The notes below the pieces were generated by a model. It was not told the origin of the DNA. It did not search any database and saw only the letters and a program-made list of their open reading frames with translations. From Candidatus Geohabitans tengchongensis (GTDB taxonomy: Bacteria > Sysuimicrobiota > Sysuimicrobiia > Sysuimicrobiales > Humicultoraceae): a DNA stretch of 29,403 nt. The position numbers and the translations under genes are program-made. Position 1 is the first letter of the stretch; every line of letters begins with the position of its first letter. The stretch is taken from the NCBI GenBank assembly GCA_031459625.1, contig JAVKIH010000031.1, positions 1-29,403 on the forward strand, in the 5' to 3' direction. Shown here one piece after another: positions 1 through 12,258 of this stretch.

Positions 1-397
1 GGGAGGGCCGGAGCAGGCGGTCGATGGTGGCGGGGCTGATGGTGCGGAGCGCCTCGCCGAGACGGGGCGGGAGACGCAGCTCACCCTGGCGCTCCAAGAC
101 GCGGAGCAGCTCGGGGAGAAAGGGGGCCAGGCGCTTGGAGCCGAGATAATCGCTGGTCTCCCAGAGGCGCTGCAGGGCCTGGGCCACCGGAGGTCCATAC
201 TGGACCGGCCGCCCGCGTCGGCGCTGGCGGGGGCCTCCGGGCTGCAGAGGCGGTTGCAGCAGGCGGATGGCCGACTTGCGATGGTAGCCGGTCACGCGGC
301 AGAACTCGTTGAGGATCCGGCTCTTCTCGCCACGGGCGGCGAGGGCGTAGGGGGGACGGAGACGAGCAGCGTACTCCCGGATGCTCTGCGAGCTCAT
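1..397 (-). CDS. Transposase, N-terminal part (ISNCY-like, integrase-core/DDE type); runs off the window edge
   Basis: Not in the ORF track because it has no stop in the window. ATG at 397 follows AGGAGG (402-407). Reads MSSQSIREYAARLRPPY..EKSRILNEFCRVTGYHRKSAIRLL..RRGRPVQYG..LWETSDYLGSKRL..ISPATIDRLL, motifs typical of this transposase group. Confidence 0.85.
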   Translation of the reverse strand, partial: MSSQSIREYAARLRPPYALAARGEKSRILNEFCRVTGYHRKSAIRLLQPPLQPGGPRQRRRGRPVQYGPPVAQALQRLWETSDYLGSKRLAPFLPELLRVLERQGELRLPPRLGEALRTISPATIDRLLRPS

Positions 398-411
398 GGT
401 GCCTCCTGATC

Positions 412-467
412 CGGTAACCGGATTTATGAGGCAACACTACCCCGCTCGGTAACCTGAATTATGAGGC
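412..467. repeat. Two 21-bp direct repeats, probable transposase-binding sites
   Basis: CGGTAACCGGATTTATGAGGC (412-432) and CGGTAACCTGAATTATGAGGC (447-467), 19/21 identical, 35-bp period. Confidence 0.85.
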
Positions 468-478
468 GGATCGGGGGG

Positions 479-508
479 TTGACAATCCGCACCCCTCTCT
501 GCTAGCCT
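479..508 (+). promoter_or_regulatory. Sigma70-type promoter of the ilv-leu leader, with -35 inside the IS end
   Basis: TTGACA (479-484), 18-bp spacer, TG-extended -10 TGcTAGCCT (500-508). Confidence 0.7.
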
Positions 509-577
509 CCGTCGTAACTTCAGGCAGCGCCGTGGCCGAGCGCAGGCCGGGGTCTCCTGGAGGCTATACGGCGGCGA

Positions 578-693
578 AGGAAGTGCGCCTAGGGTTCCAC
601 GGCGCCCACAAGGTGCCGGTCGGTCCAAGCGGCGCAGGCGGGCCCGGGTGGTCCGCTACACCGTCAGGACAAAAGCCTGAGGGATAGGTTCCT
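578..693 (+). ncRNA. ykkC-yxkD-fold riboswitch, most likely subtype 2a (ppGpp)
   Basis: GGAAGTGCGCCTAGGGTTCC..GGTCCAAGCGGCGCAG..ACACCGTCAGGACAAAAGCCTGAGGGATAGG core. P0 helix AGGAA(578-582)/TTCCT(689-693) is typical of subtypes 2a/2b. Lies upstream of a T-box and BCAA genes. Confidence 0.85.
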
Positions 694-726
694 CGCGGGA
701 CACTATTCGCTCGGGCGTTTTTCTTT
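675..726 (+). terminator. Intrinsic terminator of the riboswitch expression platform (ON switch)
   Basis: GCCTGAGGGATAG..CTATTCGCTCGGGC stem followed by GTTTTTCTTT. The left arm is the 3' strand of the aptamer. Confidence 0.8.
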
Positions 727-760
727 CGCACCGAGCGCAGGCGCTGCCCACCAGGCAGTG

Positions 761-1013
761 GCGATGAGGGGAAGCAGTAGGCCGTCGGAGCGGTGGTGAG
801 AGAGCCGGGCCAGGTGCGAGCCGGCCACCGCCCCGCCGCCGAACTCGTCCCCGAGCCGTAGGGTCGACGGCCACCGGCTCAGGCCCTACCGGTCGCCCCC
901 GATATCGGGCGAAGAGTTCCAGGGCGCAGGGCGCACGCCGGGCGGCGCCAGCCCCTGGAAGTAAGGTGGTACCACGGAGCCATCCGTCCTTACGGGTGGC
1001 TTTGTCCGTTTTT
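761..1013 (+). ncRNA. T-box riboswitch with leucine specifier (CUC)
   Basis: Stem I with AGTA, AGAGA bulge and GGTGCGA distal loop; specifier loop GAA-CTC (844-846). T-box AAGGTGGTACCACGG (963-977) pairs with CCGTCCTT. UGGU matches an A discriminator base as in tRNA-Leu. Confidence 0.92.
976..1013 (+). terminator. T-box terminator
   Basis: GGAGCCATCCGT-CCTT-ACGGGTGGCTTT hairpin followed by GTCCGTTTTT; mutually exclusive with the antiterminator. Confidence 0.75.
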
Positions 1014-1160
1014 CGAGGGCGCACGGCTGACGCCCAGCGCCGACCCCGGCTGGCGCAGGCGGCAGCCGGCGGGCAGGCGGCGGACGGCAGTGCCGACCGC
1101 GACGGGGAGCGCGCGCCGCCGGCGCTGCAGAGACTGCACGAGAAGGGAGGGAGACCAGGC

Positions 1161-2874
<1,714 letters not shown>

Positions 2875-2882
<8 letters not shown>

Positions 2883-3429
2883 CGCCGCGCCCACCCCGCA
2901 GCCCGGAACGGCCGCCGCCACCGCCACGGCCAACGGCGGCGGGGGCGGGCCGCGGACGCTGGGCGTGCTCGTGGAGATGCGCGCGGCGGTGCTGGAGCGC
3001 GTGGCGGGGCTGCTGCGCCGCCGCGGCTACCCGGTGCGCGAGCTGGTCCTGGGGCGCACCGAGGAGCCGCACCTGGCCCGCCTCTTCGTCGTGCTGGAGG
3101 AGGGGGCGTCCGGCGAGCAGGTGGCCAAGAACCTGAACAAGCTCGTGGACGTGCGGCGGGTGGCCGACCTGAGCGCCCAGCCCACGGTGGTGCGGGAGCT
3201 GGCGCTCATCAAGGTGGACGTCACGCCGGGGACCCGCCAGGAGGTGCTGCTGGCCGCGCGGGTCTTCCGCGCCCGGGTCGTGGACATGGGGGAACGCACG
3301 CTCACCCTCGAGGTGAGCGGACGTCCCGAGAAGGTCGACGCCCTCTACCGCCTCCTGCGCCGCTACGGGGTGCGGGAGCTGGTCCGGTCGGGCCCGCTCG
3401 CCCTGGTGCGCGGGCCGCAGAGCACCTGA
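2875..3429 (+). CDS. ilvN: Acetolactate synthase small regulatory subunit (ACT domain)
   Basis: [21 protein letters not shown] and ELVRSG motifs. TTG start after AAGGAG; overlaps the ilvB stop. Confidence 0.9.
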
Positions 3430-3458
3430 GCACGGCTGACGGAGGGAGGGGAGCACGC

Positions 3459-4481
3459 ATGGCACGCATCTACTACGACGCCGACGCCAGCCTGGCGCCG
3501 CTGCGCGAGCGGCGCGTCGCCGTGATCGGCTACGGCAGCCAGGGGCACGCCCACGCGCTCAACCTGCGGGACAGCGGCATCGACGTGGTCGTGGGCCTCT
3601 ACCCCGGCAGCCGCTCCTGGGCCGCCGCCCAGGAGGCCGGGCTGGCGGTGCGGGAGACGGCCGAGGCGGCGCGCGAGGCCGACGTCGTCGTCCTCCTCAT
3701 CCCCGACGAGGTGCAGGGCCAGGTCTACCGGGAGGCCATCGCTCCGCACCTGCGCGCGGGACGGGCGCTGGCCGTGGCGCACGGCTTCAGCCTCCACTAC
3801 CACCAGGTGGTCCCGCCGCCGGACGTGGACGTCTTCATGGTCGCCCCCAAGGCCCCCGGCCACCTGATGCGCCGGCAGTTCGTGGCCGGGCAGAGCGTGC
3901 CCGCCCTGCTGGCCATCCACCAGGACGCCTCGGGCGGGGCCAGGGAGCTGGCGCTCGCCTACGCCCGGGGCGTGGGGTGCACGAAGGCGGGCGTGATCGA
4001 GACCACCGTGCGCGAGGAGGTGGAGAGCGACCTCTTCGGGGAGCAGGCCGTGCTCTGCGGCGGGGTGACCGAGCTCATCAAGGCCGGCTTCGACACCCTG
4101 GTCGAGGCCGGCTACCAGCCGGAGATCGCCTACTTCGAGTGCCTCAACGAGCTGAAGCTCATCGTCGACCTGCTCTACGAGGGGGGGCTCGCCTGGATGC
4201 GCCACTCCGTCAGCAACACCGCCGAGTACGGCGACCTGACCCGCGGCCGGCGCATCATCACCGAGGCCACCCGGGCGGAGATGCGCCGCCTGCTGCGCGA
4301 GATCCAGGACGGCACCTTCGCCCGCGAGTGGATCCTGGAGAACCAGGCCGGCCGGCCGGTGCTGGAGGCGCGGCGACGGGAGGAGGCGGCCCACCCCATC
4401 GAGGAGGTGGGGCGGCGGCTGCGCGCCATGATGCCCTGGCTCGCCACCCGCCCGGAGGTGGCCGCGGCCGGAGGACGCTGA
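3459..4481 (+). CDS. ilvC: Ketol-acid reductoisomerase
   Basis: [36 protein letters not shown]. Confidence 0.97.
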   Translation: MARIYYDADASLAPLRERRVAVIGYGSQGHAHALNLRDSGIDVVVGLYPGSRSWAAAQEAGLAVRETAEAAREADVVVLLIPDEVQGQVYREAIAPHLRAGRALAVAHGFSLHYHQVVPPPDVDVFMVAPKAPGHLMRRQFVAGQSVPALLAIHQDASGGARELALAYARGVGCTKAGVIETTVREEVESDLFGEQAVLCGGVTELIKAGFDTLVEAGYQPEIAYFECLNELKLIVDLLYEGGLAWMRHSVSNTAEYGDLTRGRRIITEATRAEMRRLLREIQDGTFAREWILENQAGRPVLEARRREEAAHPIEEVGRRLRAMMPWLATRPEVAAAGGR

Positions 4482-4482
4482 G

Positions 4483-5699
<1,217 letters not shown>

Positions 5700-5703
<4 letters not shown>

Positions 5704-6974
5704 CGCTGACCGAGCAGATCCTGGCGGCCCACGCGGGTGTCCCGCGGGTGACCCCCGGAGAGGTCATCGAGGTGCGGGCGGACTTCGTCTTCGCCAACGA
5801 CATCACTGCCCCGCTGGCCATCCGCGAGTTCGAGCGCATGGGGGCCCGGCGCGTCTTCGACCCCGAGCGGGTCGCCATCGTCTTCGACCACTACGTGCCG
5901 GCGAAGGACATCGCCTCGGCGGAGCAGTGCCGCATCGCCCGCGAGTTCGCCCGCCGCCACCACCTGCCGCACTTCTACGACGTGGGCCGATCCGGCATCG
6001 CCCACGTCCTGCTGGCCGAGGAGGGGTTCGTCGTTCCGGGAGACGTCTTCTTCGGCGCCGACTCCCACAGCTGCAACCACGGGGCGCTCGGCGCCTTCGC
6101 CACCGGGGTGGGCTCCTCCGACCTGGCCGCGGCCATGGCCCTGGGGCGCCTGTGGATGCGCGTGCCGGAGACCGTGCGCTACGAGTTCCGCGGCCGCCTG
6201 CGGCCCTGGGTGACCGGCAAGGACCTGATCCTGCACGTCATCGGCGACATCGGCGTGGACGGCGGGCGCTACGGGGCCATGGAGTTCGTGGGGGAGGCGT
6301 TGCAGGACCTGACCATGGACGAGCGCTTCTCCATCACCAACATGGCGGTCGAGGCGGGCGCCATGAACGGCATCATGGAGGCCGACGAGACGGTGCTGGC
6401 CTGGGTGCGCCCCCGCGCCCGCCGCCCCTGGACCGTCTACCGCAGCGACCCGGACGCGCGCGTGGCCGGGGTGCGCACCTACGACGTCTCGACGCTGGAG
6501 CCGGTGGTGGCGGTCCCGGCGTCGCCCGGCAACGTGGTCCCCGTGCGCGAGGTGGCGGGCGTGCGCGTGGACCAGGTCTTCATCGGCACCTGCACCAACG
6601 GACGGCTGGAGGACCTGCGCCTGGCCGCACGGGTGCTGGCCGGCCGCCGCGTCCACCCGGAGACGCGCCTGCTGGTCATCCCGGCCACCCCCGCGGTCTA
6701 CCGGCAGGCGCTCGCGGAGGGGCTGCTCCAGGCCTTCCTCGACGCCGGGGCGGCGGTGAGCACGTCCACGTGCGGGCCCTGCATCGGCGGCCACATGGGC
6801 GTGCTGGCGGACGGCGAGGTGTGCGTCTCCACCAGCAGCCGGAACTTCGTGGGCCGCATGGGCCACCGCCAGAGCCGCGTCTACCTGGCCAACCCGGCAG
6901 TGGCGGCGGCGGCGGCCGTGGCGGGGCGTCTGGTGCACCCCGCCGACGTCGTGCGCGACCTGGTCCCGGCCTGA
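5700..6974 (+). CDS. leuC: 3-isopropylmalate dehydratase large subunit (short, type-2 LeuC/HacA family)
   Basis: MTLTEQIL start overlapping the leuA stop (ATGA); DSHS, IGTCTNGR, CGPCIGG, RNFVGRMG. Confidence 0.94.
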
Positions 6975-6988
6975 GGGGGGCGCGGGTG

Positions 6989-7507
6989 ATGCAGCTGCGC
7001 GGACGCGCCCACCTCCTCGGCGACCACGTCGACACCGACGGCATCATCCCGGCGCGCTACCTGGTCACCACCGACCCCGGCGAGCTGGCCCGCCACTGCT
7101 TCGAGGACCTGGACCCCACGCTGCGGGAGCGCATCCGGCCGGGCGACATCCTGGTGGCCGGCCAGAACTTCGGCCAGGGGAGCAGCCGCGAGCACGCGCC
7201 CATCGCCATCAAGGGGCTCGGGGTCGGGGCGGTGGTGGCGCGCTCCTTCGCCGGGATCTTCCACCGCAACGCCTGCAACGTGGGCCTGCCGCTGGTGGAG
7301 TGCGCCGAGGCCCGCGACCGGGTGCGCGACGGGGACGAGGTGGAGGTCGACCTGACCGCCGGGTGGGTGGTGAACCACACCCGCGGCGAGCGCTACGCCA
7401 TCACCCCGCTGCCGCCGTTCATGCGGTACCTGCTGCAGTCGGGCGGGATCGTCGAGTATGTCCGGGCGGCGCTGGCCGCCGCGGAGGCGGGCGGCGCCGC
7501 CCCCTGA
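6989..7507 (+). CDS. leuD: 3-isopropylmalate dehydratase small subunit
   Basis: VDTDGIIPARYL, NFGQGSSREHA, SFAGIFHRN. Confidence 0.94.
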   Translation: MQLRGRAHLLGDHVDTDGIIPARYLVTTDPGELARHCFEDLDPTLRERIRPGDILVAGQNFGQGSSREHAPIAIKGLGVGAVVARSFAGIFHRNACNVGLPLVECAEARDRVRDGDEVEVDLTAGWVVNHTRGERYAITPLPPFMRYLLQSGGIVEYVRAALAAAEAGGAAP

Positions 7508-7565
7508 GCGGTGTGCCGATGATGGTGCGTGAACGACTGGGCGCCAAGGCAAAGGAGGTCATGGG

Positions 7566-7733
7566 ATGACGGACCGGGAGCAGGACGGGCAGACGCCACA
7601 CCGGCCCTCGGCGGAGGCAGAGGTGCCGCGGGCCAACGAGGAGCCGTGGGAGCGGGACCGGCGCGAGCGTGAACGCCGTGCTGCCGAGCGCGAGGCCGGC
7701 TGGGTGCGCGAGCGGATCCAGCAGCTCTTCTAG
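7566..7733 (+). CDS. Small charged hypothetical protein (55 aa)
   Basis: Strong RBS AAAGGAGGT (7551-7559). Reads MTDREQDGQTPHRPSAEAEVPRANEEPWERDRRERERRAAEREAGWVRERIQQLF*. Its stop abuts the leuB GTG. Confidence 0.6.
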   Translation: MTDREQDGQTPHRPSAEAEVPRANEEPWERDRRERERRAAEREAGWVRERIQQLF

Positions 7734-8873
7734 GTGACGCGGCAGGCGGACCCGATGCCGACCGGCGCCGGCGGCACGGGCGCGCGCCCGGACGGCTGGA
7801 CGATCGCCGTCCTGCCCGGCGACGGCATCGGGCCGGAGGTCACGGCCGAGGCGGTGCGCGTCCTGCTGGCGGCGGCCGAGCGCGCCGGCGTGCGCGTGCA
7901 CCTGCGCGAGGGGCGCATCGGCGGGGCGGCCCTCGACGCCACGGGCGACCCGCTGCCGGCCGAGACGCTGCGGCTGTGCCGGGAGGCCGACGCGGTCCTG
8001 CTCGGCGCCGTCGGCGGTCCGCGCTGGGACGGCCGGTCCCAGGAGCACCGGCCCGAGCGCGGCCTCCTGCGGCTGCGCCAGGCCCTCGGCGTCTACGCCA
8101 ACCTGCGGCCCGTGCGCCTGCCGCCGTCACTGGTGGACGTCTCGCCGCTGCGTCCCGAGCGCGTGGGCGGCACCGACCTGGTGATCGTCCGCGAGCTCGC
8201 CGGCGGCGCCTACTTCGGCGAGCCCCGCTGGTACCGCGACGAGGAAGCGGTGGACACGATACGCTACCGGGCGGAGGAAGTCCGCCGCGTGGCCCGCGTC
8301 GCCTTCGCCCTCGCCCGGGGGCGGCGGCGGGAGGTGGTCTCGGTGGACAAGGCGAATGTCCTGGCGACCTCGGTGTTGTGGCGGACCGTGGTGGAGGCGG
8401 AGGCCCGCGCCCATCCGGACGTGGCGGTGCGTCACCTGCTGGTGGACGCCTGCGCCCTGGAGCTCGTGCGGGCCCCGCGCCGGTTCGACGTGGTCCTGAC
8501 GGAGAACCTCTTCGGCGACATCCTGAGCGACGGGGCCGCCGGGCTGGTGGGCTCGCTCGGCCTGCTGCCGTCGGCCAGTGTCGGAGAGACGCATCCGTGG
8601 CTGTACGAGCCCGTGCACGGCTCCGCGCCTGACCTGGCGGGGCGGGGCGTGGCCAATCCGCTCGGGGCCATCCTCAGCGTGGCGATGATGCTGCGAACTT
8701 CGCTCGGTCATCCGGAGCTGGCGACGGCGGTGGAGCAGGCGGTCGACGAGGTCCTGCAGGCCGGCATCCGCACCCCGGACCTCGGCGGGACGGCCACGAC
8801 GGCCGCGGTGGGCGAGGCCGTCGCGTCCGCCCTCCAGGAAGGTCAACCGCTCGTCGGGGGCAGGCCCGCATGA
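7734..8873 (+). CDS. leuB: 3-isopropylmalate dehydrogenase
   Basis: [42 protein letters not shown]. Alternative in-frame ATG at 7755. Confidence 0.95.
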   Translation: MTRQADPMPTGAGGTGARPDGWTIAVLPGDGIGPEVTAEAVRVLLAAAERAGVRVHLREGRIGGAALDATGDPLPAETLRLCREADAVLLGAVGGPRWDGRSQEHRPERGLLRLRQALGVYANLRPVRLPPSLVDVSPLRPERVGGTDLVIVRELAGGAYFGEPRWYRDEEAVDTIRYRAEEVRRVARVAFALARGRRREVVSVDKANVLATSVLWRTVVEAEARAHPDVAVRHLLVDACALELVRAPRRFDVVLTENLFGDILSDGAAGLVGSLGLLPSASVGETHPWLYEPVHGSAPDLAGRGVANPLGAILSVAMMLRTSLGHPELATAVEQAVDEVLQAGIRTPDLGGTATTAAVGEAVASALQEGQPLVGGRPA

Positions 8874-10558
8874 GCCCCCCGGCGGTCCCCCGTCCCCACA
8901 GCCGGCGGCTCCTCGACGGCCCCGAGCGCGCGCCCGCCCGAGCCTACTTCCGCGCCGTGGGCTACAGCGACGACGACCTCCGGCGGCCGCTCATCGGCGT
9001 GGCCCACGCCTGGATCGAGCTGATGCCCTGCAACATCCACCTGCGCGACCTGGCCGCCCACGTCAAGGCCGGCATCCGCGCCGCCGGCGGCACGCCGGTG
9101 GAGTTCAACACCATCGCCGTCTCCGACGGCATCGCCATGGGCACCCCGGGCATGCGCAGTTCGCTGGTCAGCCGCGAGGTGATCGCCGACTCGATCGAAC
9201 TCGTGGCCCGCGGGCACCTCCTCGACGGCCTGGTCGCCATCACGGGGTGCGACAAGACCATTCCCGGGGCGGTGATGGCCCTGGTGCGTCTCGACCTGCC
9301 CGGCCTGATGTTGTACGGCGGCTCCATCCAGCCCGGCCGCTACCAGGGGCGGGATGTGACGATCCAGGACGTCTTCGAGGCCGTGGGCGCCTACCAGGCC
9401 GGGCGCCTCTCGCTGGAGGAGCTGTACGCGCTCGAAGCGATCGCCTGTCCCGGGCCGGGGGCGTGTGGCGGGCAGTTCACCGCCAATACCATGGCCATGG
9501 CCTTCGGGATGCTGGGGATCGCCCCCATGGCGGCCTCCGACCTGCCGGCCACCCATCCGGAGAAGGCCGCGGCGGCGGCAGAGGTCGGCCGGCTGGCGGT
9601 GGAGCTGGTCCGGCGGGAGGTGGGCGCACGGCGCTTCGTCACGCGCGAAGCCCTCGAGAACGCCATCGCCGCCGTGGCCGCGAGCGGCGGGTCGACCAAC
9701 GCCGTCCTCCACCTGCTGGCTGTGGCCCACGAGGCCGGGGTCCCGCTCGACCTGGAGGACTTCGACCGCATCAGCGCGCGCACACCCCTGCTGGCCGACC
9801 TGAAGCCGGGCGGGCGGTTCGTCGCCACCGACCTCCACCGCGCCGGCGGCACCCGCCTGCTGGCGCGCCGGCTCCTCGACGCGGGGCTCCTCCACGGCGA
9901 CGCGCCCACGGTCACCGGCCGGACGATCGCCGAGGAGGCGGCGCTCGCCGAGGAGGCCCCCGGGCAGGAGGTCGTGCGCCCCCTGCACGCCCCGCTCCGC
10001 CCACACGGAGGGTTGGCCATCCTACGTGGCAGCCTGGCCCCGGAGGGGTGCGTGGTGAAGCTGGCCGGTCACGAGCGCCTCGTCCACACCGGCCCAGTCC
10101 GCGTCTTCGATCGCGAGGAGGAGGCGTTCGCGGCGGTCCGCGAGCGGCGGATCCACCCGGGCGACGTCGTGGTGATCCGCTACGAGGGGCCGGTGGGCGG
10201 ACCAGGGATGCGGGAGATGCTCGCCGTCACCGGGGCCCTCGTCGGAGCGGGATTGGGCGAGTCCGTGGCGCTCATCACGGACGGGCGTTTCTCCGGCGCC
10301 ACCCATGGGTTGATGGTGGGGCACGTGGCCCCTGAGGCCGCCGTGGGCGGCCCCCTGGCCGCGCTGCGCGACGGTGACGAGATCACCATCGACGTCCCGG
10401 CCCGGCGTCTGGACGTGGCCCTGCCGCCCGAGGAGCTGGCTGCCCGCCTGCGCGCCTGGCCCGGCCCGCCTGCAGCCTCCCGGGATGGGGCAGGGGTGCT
10501 GGCCAAGTACGCCCGGCTCGTCTCCTCGGCGTCGAAGGGTGCGGTGACCACGGCCTGA
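8870..10558 (+). CDS. ilvD: Dihydroxy-acid dehydratase
   Basis: [35 protein letters not shown]. Confidence 0.96.
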   Translation: MSPPAVPRPHSRRLLDGPERAPARAYFRAVGYSDDDLRRPLIGVAHAWIELMPCNIHLRDLAAHVKAGIRAAGGTPVEFNTIAVSDGIAMGTPGMRSSLVSREVIADSIELVARGHLLDGLVAITGCDKTIPGAVMALVRLDLPGLMLYGGSIQPGRYQGRDVTIQDVFEAVGAYQAGRLSLEELYALEAIACPGPGACGGQFTANTMAMAFGMLGIAPMAASDLPATHPEKAAAAAEVGRLAVELVRREVGARRFVTREALENAIAAVAASGGSTNAVLHLLAVAHEAGVPLDLEDFDRISARTPLLADLKPGGRFVATDLHRAGGTRLLARRLLDAGLLHGDAPTVTGRTIAEEAALAEEAPGQEVVRPLHAPLRPHGGLAILRGSLAPEGCVVKLAGHERLVHTGPVRVFDREEEAFAAVRERRIHPGDVVVIRYEGPVGGPGMREMLAVTGALVGAGLGESVALITDGRFSGATHGLMVGHVAPEAAVGGPLAALRDGDEITIDVPARRLDVALPPEELAARLRAWPGPPAASRDGAGVLAKYARLVSSASKGAVTTA

Positions 10559-10709
10559 GGATACCGAACGCGACTCGCCCCGGGGCGAGCGTGACGCACG
10601 ACCGGCGTCGGAGCGCCCCGGCCCGGCGTTATCGCGGCGTGAACGGCGCTCTGCCCGAGGCGCGGCGTCCCGGGCCGTGGGACCGGCGCACGGGCCGGGC
10701 ACGAGTCCA

Positions 10710-10738
10710 TTGACGGAGGCCCGGTTCGCCCTCATACT
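10710..10738 (+). promoter_or_regulatory. Sigma70-type promoter
   Basis: TTGACG-17 bp-CATACT, 6 nt before the SAM riboswitch P1. Confidence 0.75.
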
Positions 10739-10744
10739 GGACCT

Positions 10745-10880
10745 CGCATCAGGAGCGGTCCCGACGCGGACCCGGCAACCTGGGACGGACACCCAAGGTG
10801 CCTGCCTGCCGCCCGGCTGAGCCGGCGGCGGGGATGCGGTCTCGACAGGCCCCGGCCTGGACGAGGCAACCGTGTCCGAT
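10745..10880 (+). ncRNA. SAM riboswitch, SAM-I/IV variant
   Basis: P1 CGCATC(10745)/GATGCG(10833); ATCAGGAG junction; P3 GGCAACCTGGGACGGACACCCAAGGTGC. The loop CGGACAC pairs with 3' GTGTCCG (10872-10878) as pseudoknot PK-2. P2 is short and has no kink-turn. Confidence 0.88.
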
Positions 10881-10884
10881 GGCA

Positions 10885-10922
10885 GCCCGCGCTCCTGGTG
10901 GAGAGCGGGCGTTGATGTTTTC
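10885..10922 (+). terminator. Probable terminator of the SAM riboswitch platform
   Basis: GCCCGCGCTCC-TGGT-GGAGAGCGGGC hairpin followed by an interrupted T tract GTTGATGTTTT. Confidence 0.55.
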
Positions 10923-10959
10923 TGGGGGTCCGCAGACGGCGTTCCGAGAGGAGGGAGAG

Positions 10960-12258
10960 ATGGCCCGGCACCTGCGCTGTCGCCTCTGTGGCACGACCTA
11001 CCCGCTCGAGCCCCGCTACGTCTGTGAGGAGTGCCTCGGACCGCTCGACGCCGTGAGCGTGGTCGAGGGCGGGCCCGCCGGGAGCGGGAGCGGGGAGGCG
11101 GAGGCCCTCCGCCGCACCATCAGCGCGGGACCGCCCACCCTGTGGCGCTACGCGCCGTTCCTGCCGGTCGACCCCGACCCCGCGAGCGACCTGGGCGCCG
11201 GCTGGACGCCGCTGCTGCCCGCCCCGCGCCTGGGCGCCGCGCTGGGGCTGCGGCGCCTCTACCTGAAGAACGACGCCGCGAACCCCACCTGGTCGTTCAA
11301 GGACCGCGTCGTCGCCGTGGGGATCGCGGCGGCGCGCCAGTTCGGCTTCACCGTGGCGGCGTGCGCCTCCACCGGCAACCTGGCCAACGCCGTGGCCGCC
11401 TGCGCCGCCCGGGCCGGCCTGCGGGCCGTCGTCTTCGTGCCGCGCGGGCTCGAGGCGGAGAAGCTCGTCCTCTCGGCGGTGTACGGCGCGACGATCGTCG
11501 AGGTCGACGGCACCTACGACGACGTCAACCGCCTCTGCACCCAGGTGGCCGACGAGTACCGCTGGGCCTTCCTCAACGTGAACCTCCGCCCCTACTACGC
11601 CGACGGGGCCAAGACCCTGGGCTACGAAGTGGCGGAGCAGCTCGGCTGGCGGCTGCCCGACCACGTGGTCGTGCCCATGGCCTCGGGCAACCTGCTGGTG
11701 AAGATCGCGCGCGCCTTCGCGGAGCTGGCCGAGGTCGGCCTGGCGGCGGCGCGACCGGTGCAGGTCCACGGCGCCCAGCCTGCGGGCTGCGCGCCCATTG
11801 CCGCGGCCTTCGCCGCCGGGGCGGCGCAGGTGGCGCCGGTGCGGCCGCAGACCGCGGTGCGCTCGCTCGCCATCGGGAGCCCGGCCGACGGCCTCTTCGC
11901 CCTCCGGGCGATCCGCGACAGCGGCGGCCGGGCAGTGGCGGTGACGGATGAGGAGGCCGCCGACGCCGTCGCCCTGCTGGCGCGCACCGAGGGGCTCTTC
12001 ACCGAGAGCGCCGGCGGCGTCACCGTGGCGGCGCTGCGGCGCCTGGCGCAGGCGGGCGCCGTCGACCCCGAGGCGACGGTGGTGGTCTACCTCACGGGGA
12101 TGGGGCTGAAGACGCGGGAGAACCTGGTCCCGCTCCCCGGGCCCGTCGCCATCCGGCCCACGCTGGCGGCGTTCGAGGCGGCGGTGTTGCCGCGCCTGGA
12201 GGGCGTGGCTGCGGCCGCTGCGGGTGCCGGCGCCGCTGCGGCAGGAGGTGAGGGCTGA
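10960..12258 (+). CDS. Threonine-synthase-family PLP enzyme, probable O-phosphohomoserine sulfhydrylase
   Basis: N-terminal CxxC..CxxC ribbon, NPTWSFKDR (PLP lysine), CASTGNLA, NVNLRPYY, GAKTLGYE. ATG 10960 follows GAGGAGGGAG. Confidence 0.88.
   Translation: MARHLRCRLCGTTYPLEPRYVCEECLGPLDAVSVVEGGPAGSGSGEAEALRRTISAGPPTLWRYAPFLPVDPDPASDLGAGWTPLLPAPRLGAALGLRRLYLKNDAANPTWSFKDRVVAVGIAAARQFGFTVAACASTGNLANAVAACAARAGLRAVVFVPRGLEAEKLVLSAVYGATIVEVDGTYDDVNRLCTQVADEYRWAFLNVNLRPYYADGAKTLGYEVAEQLGWRLPDHVVVPMASGNLLVKIARAFAELAEVGLAAARPVQVHGAQPAGCAPIAAAFAAGAAQVAPVRPQTAVRSLAIGSPADGLFALRAIRDSGGRAVAVTDEEAADAVALLARTEGLFTESAGGVTVAALRRLAQAGAVDPEATVVVYLTGMGLKTRENLVPLPGPVAIRPTLAAFEAAVLPRLEGVAAAAAGAGAAAAGGEG

Larger units (their letters stand above)
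1..484 (-). mobile_element. Left end of an insertion sequence (ISNCY-like, possibly ISLbi1 group)
   Basis: Minus strand reads TGTCAACCCCCCGATCC from 484 (TGT-type IS terminus), then two 21-bp subterminal repeats and the transposase start. The other end lies outside the window. Confidence 0.7.

Noticed and set aside
412..467. The 21-bp repeat pair as a mini-CRISPR or dif/Xer site
   Set aside because: Only two units with a 14-nt gap, no cas genes and a poor match to XerC/D arms. Position between the IS terminus and transposase start explains it.
578..693. Guanidine-I riboswitch call
   Set aside because: The P0 helix and the BCAA/T-box context fit the ppGpp subtype; no guanidine exporter or carboxylase lies downstream.
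966..1160. N-terminal extension of ilvB from 966 in the ORF track
   Set aside because: Overlaps the T-box terminator; the RBS and homology start at 1161.
7561..7569. ATG-GGA-TGA mini-ORF as an attenuator
   Set aside because: Only 1 nt from the RBS; spacing favours ATG 7566, and there is no associated terminator.
10572..10590. Hairpin after ilvD as an intrinsic terminator
   Set aside because: Short GC stem with no U tract; not distinguishable from chance.
10798..10959. Longer thrC-like start at 10798
   Set aside because: Falls inside the SAM riboswitch; the RBS precedes ATG 10960.
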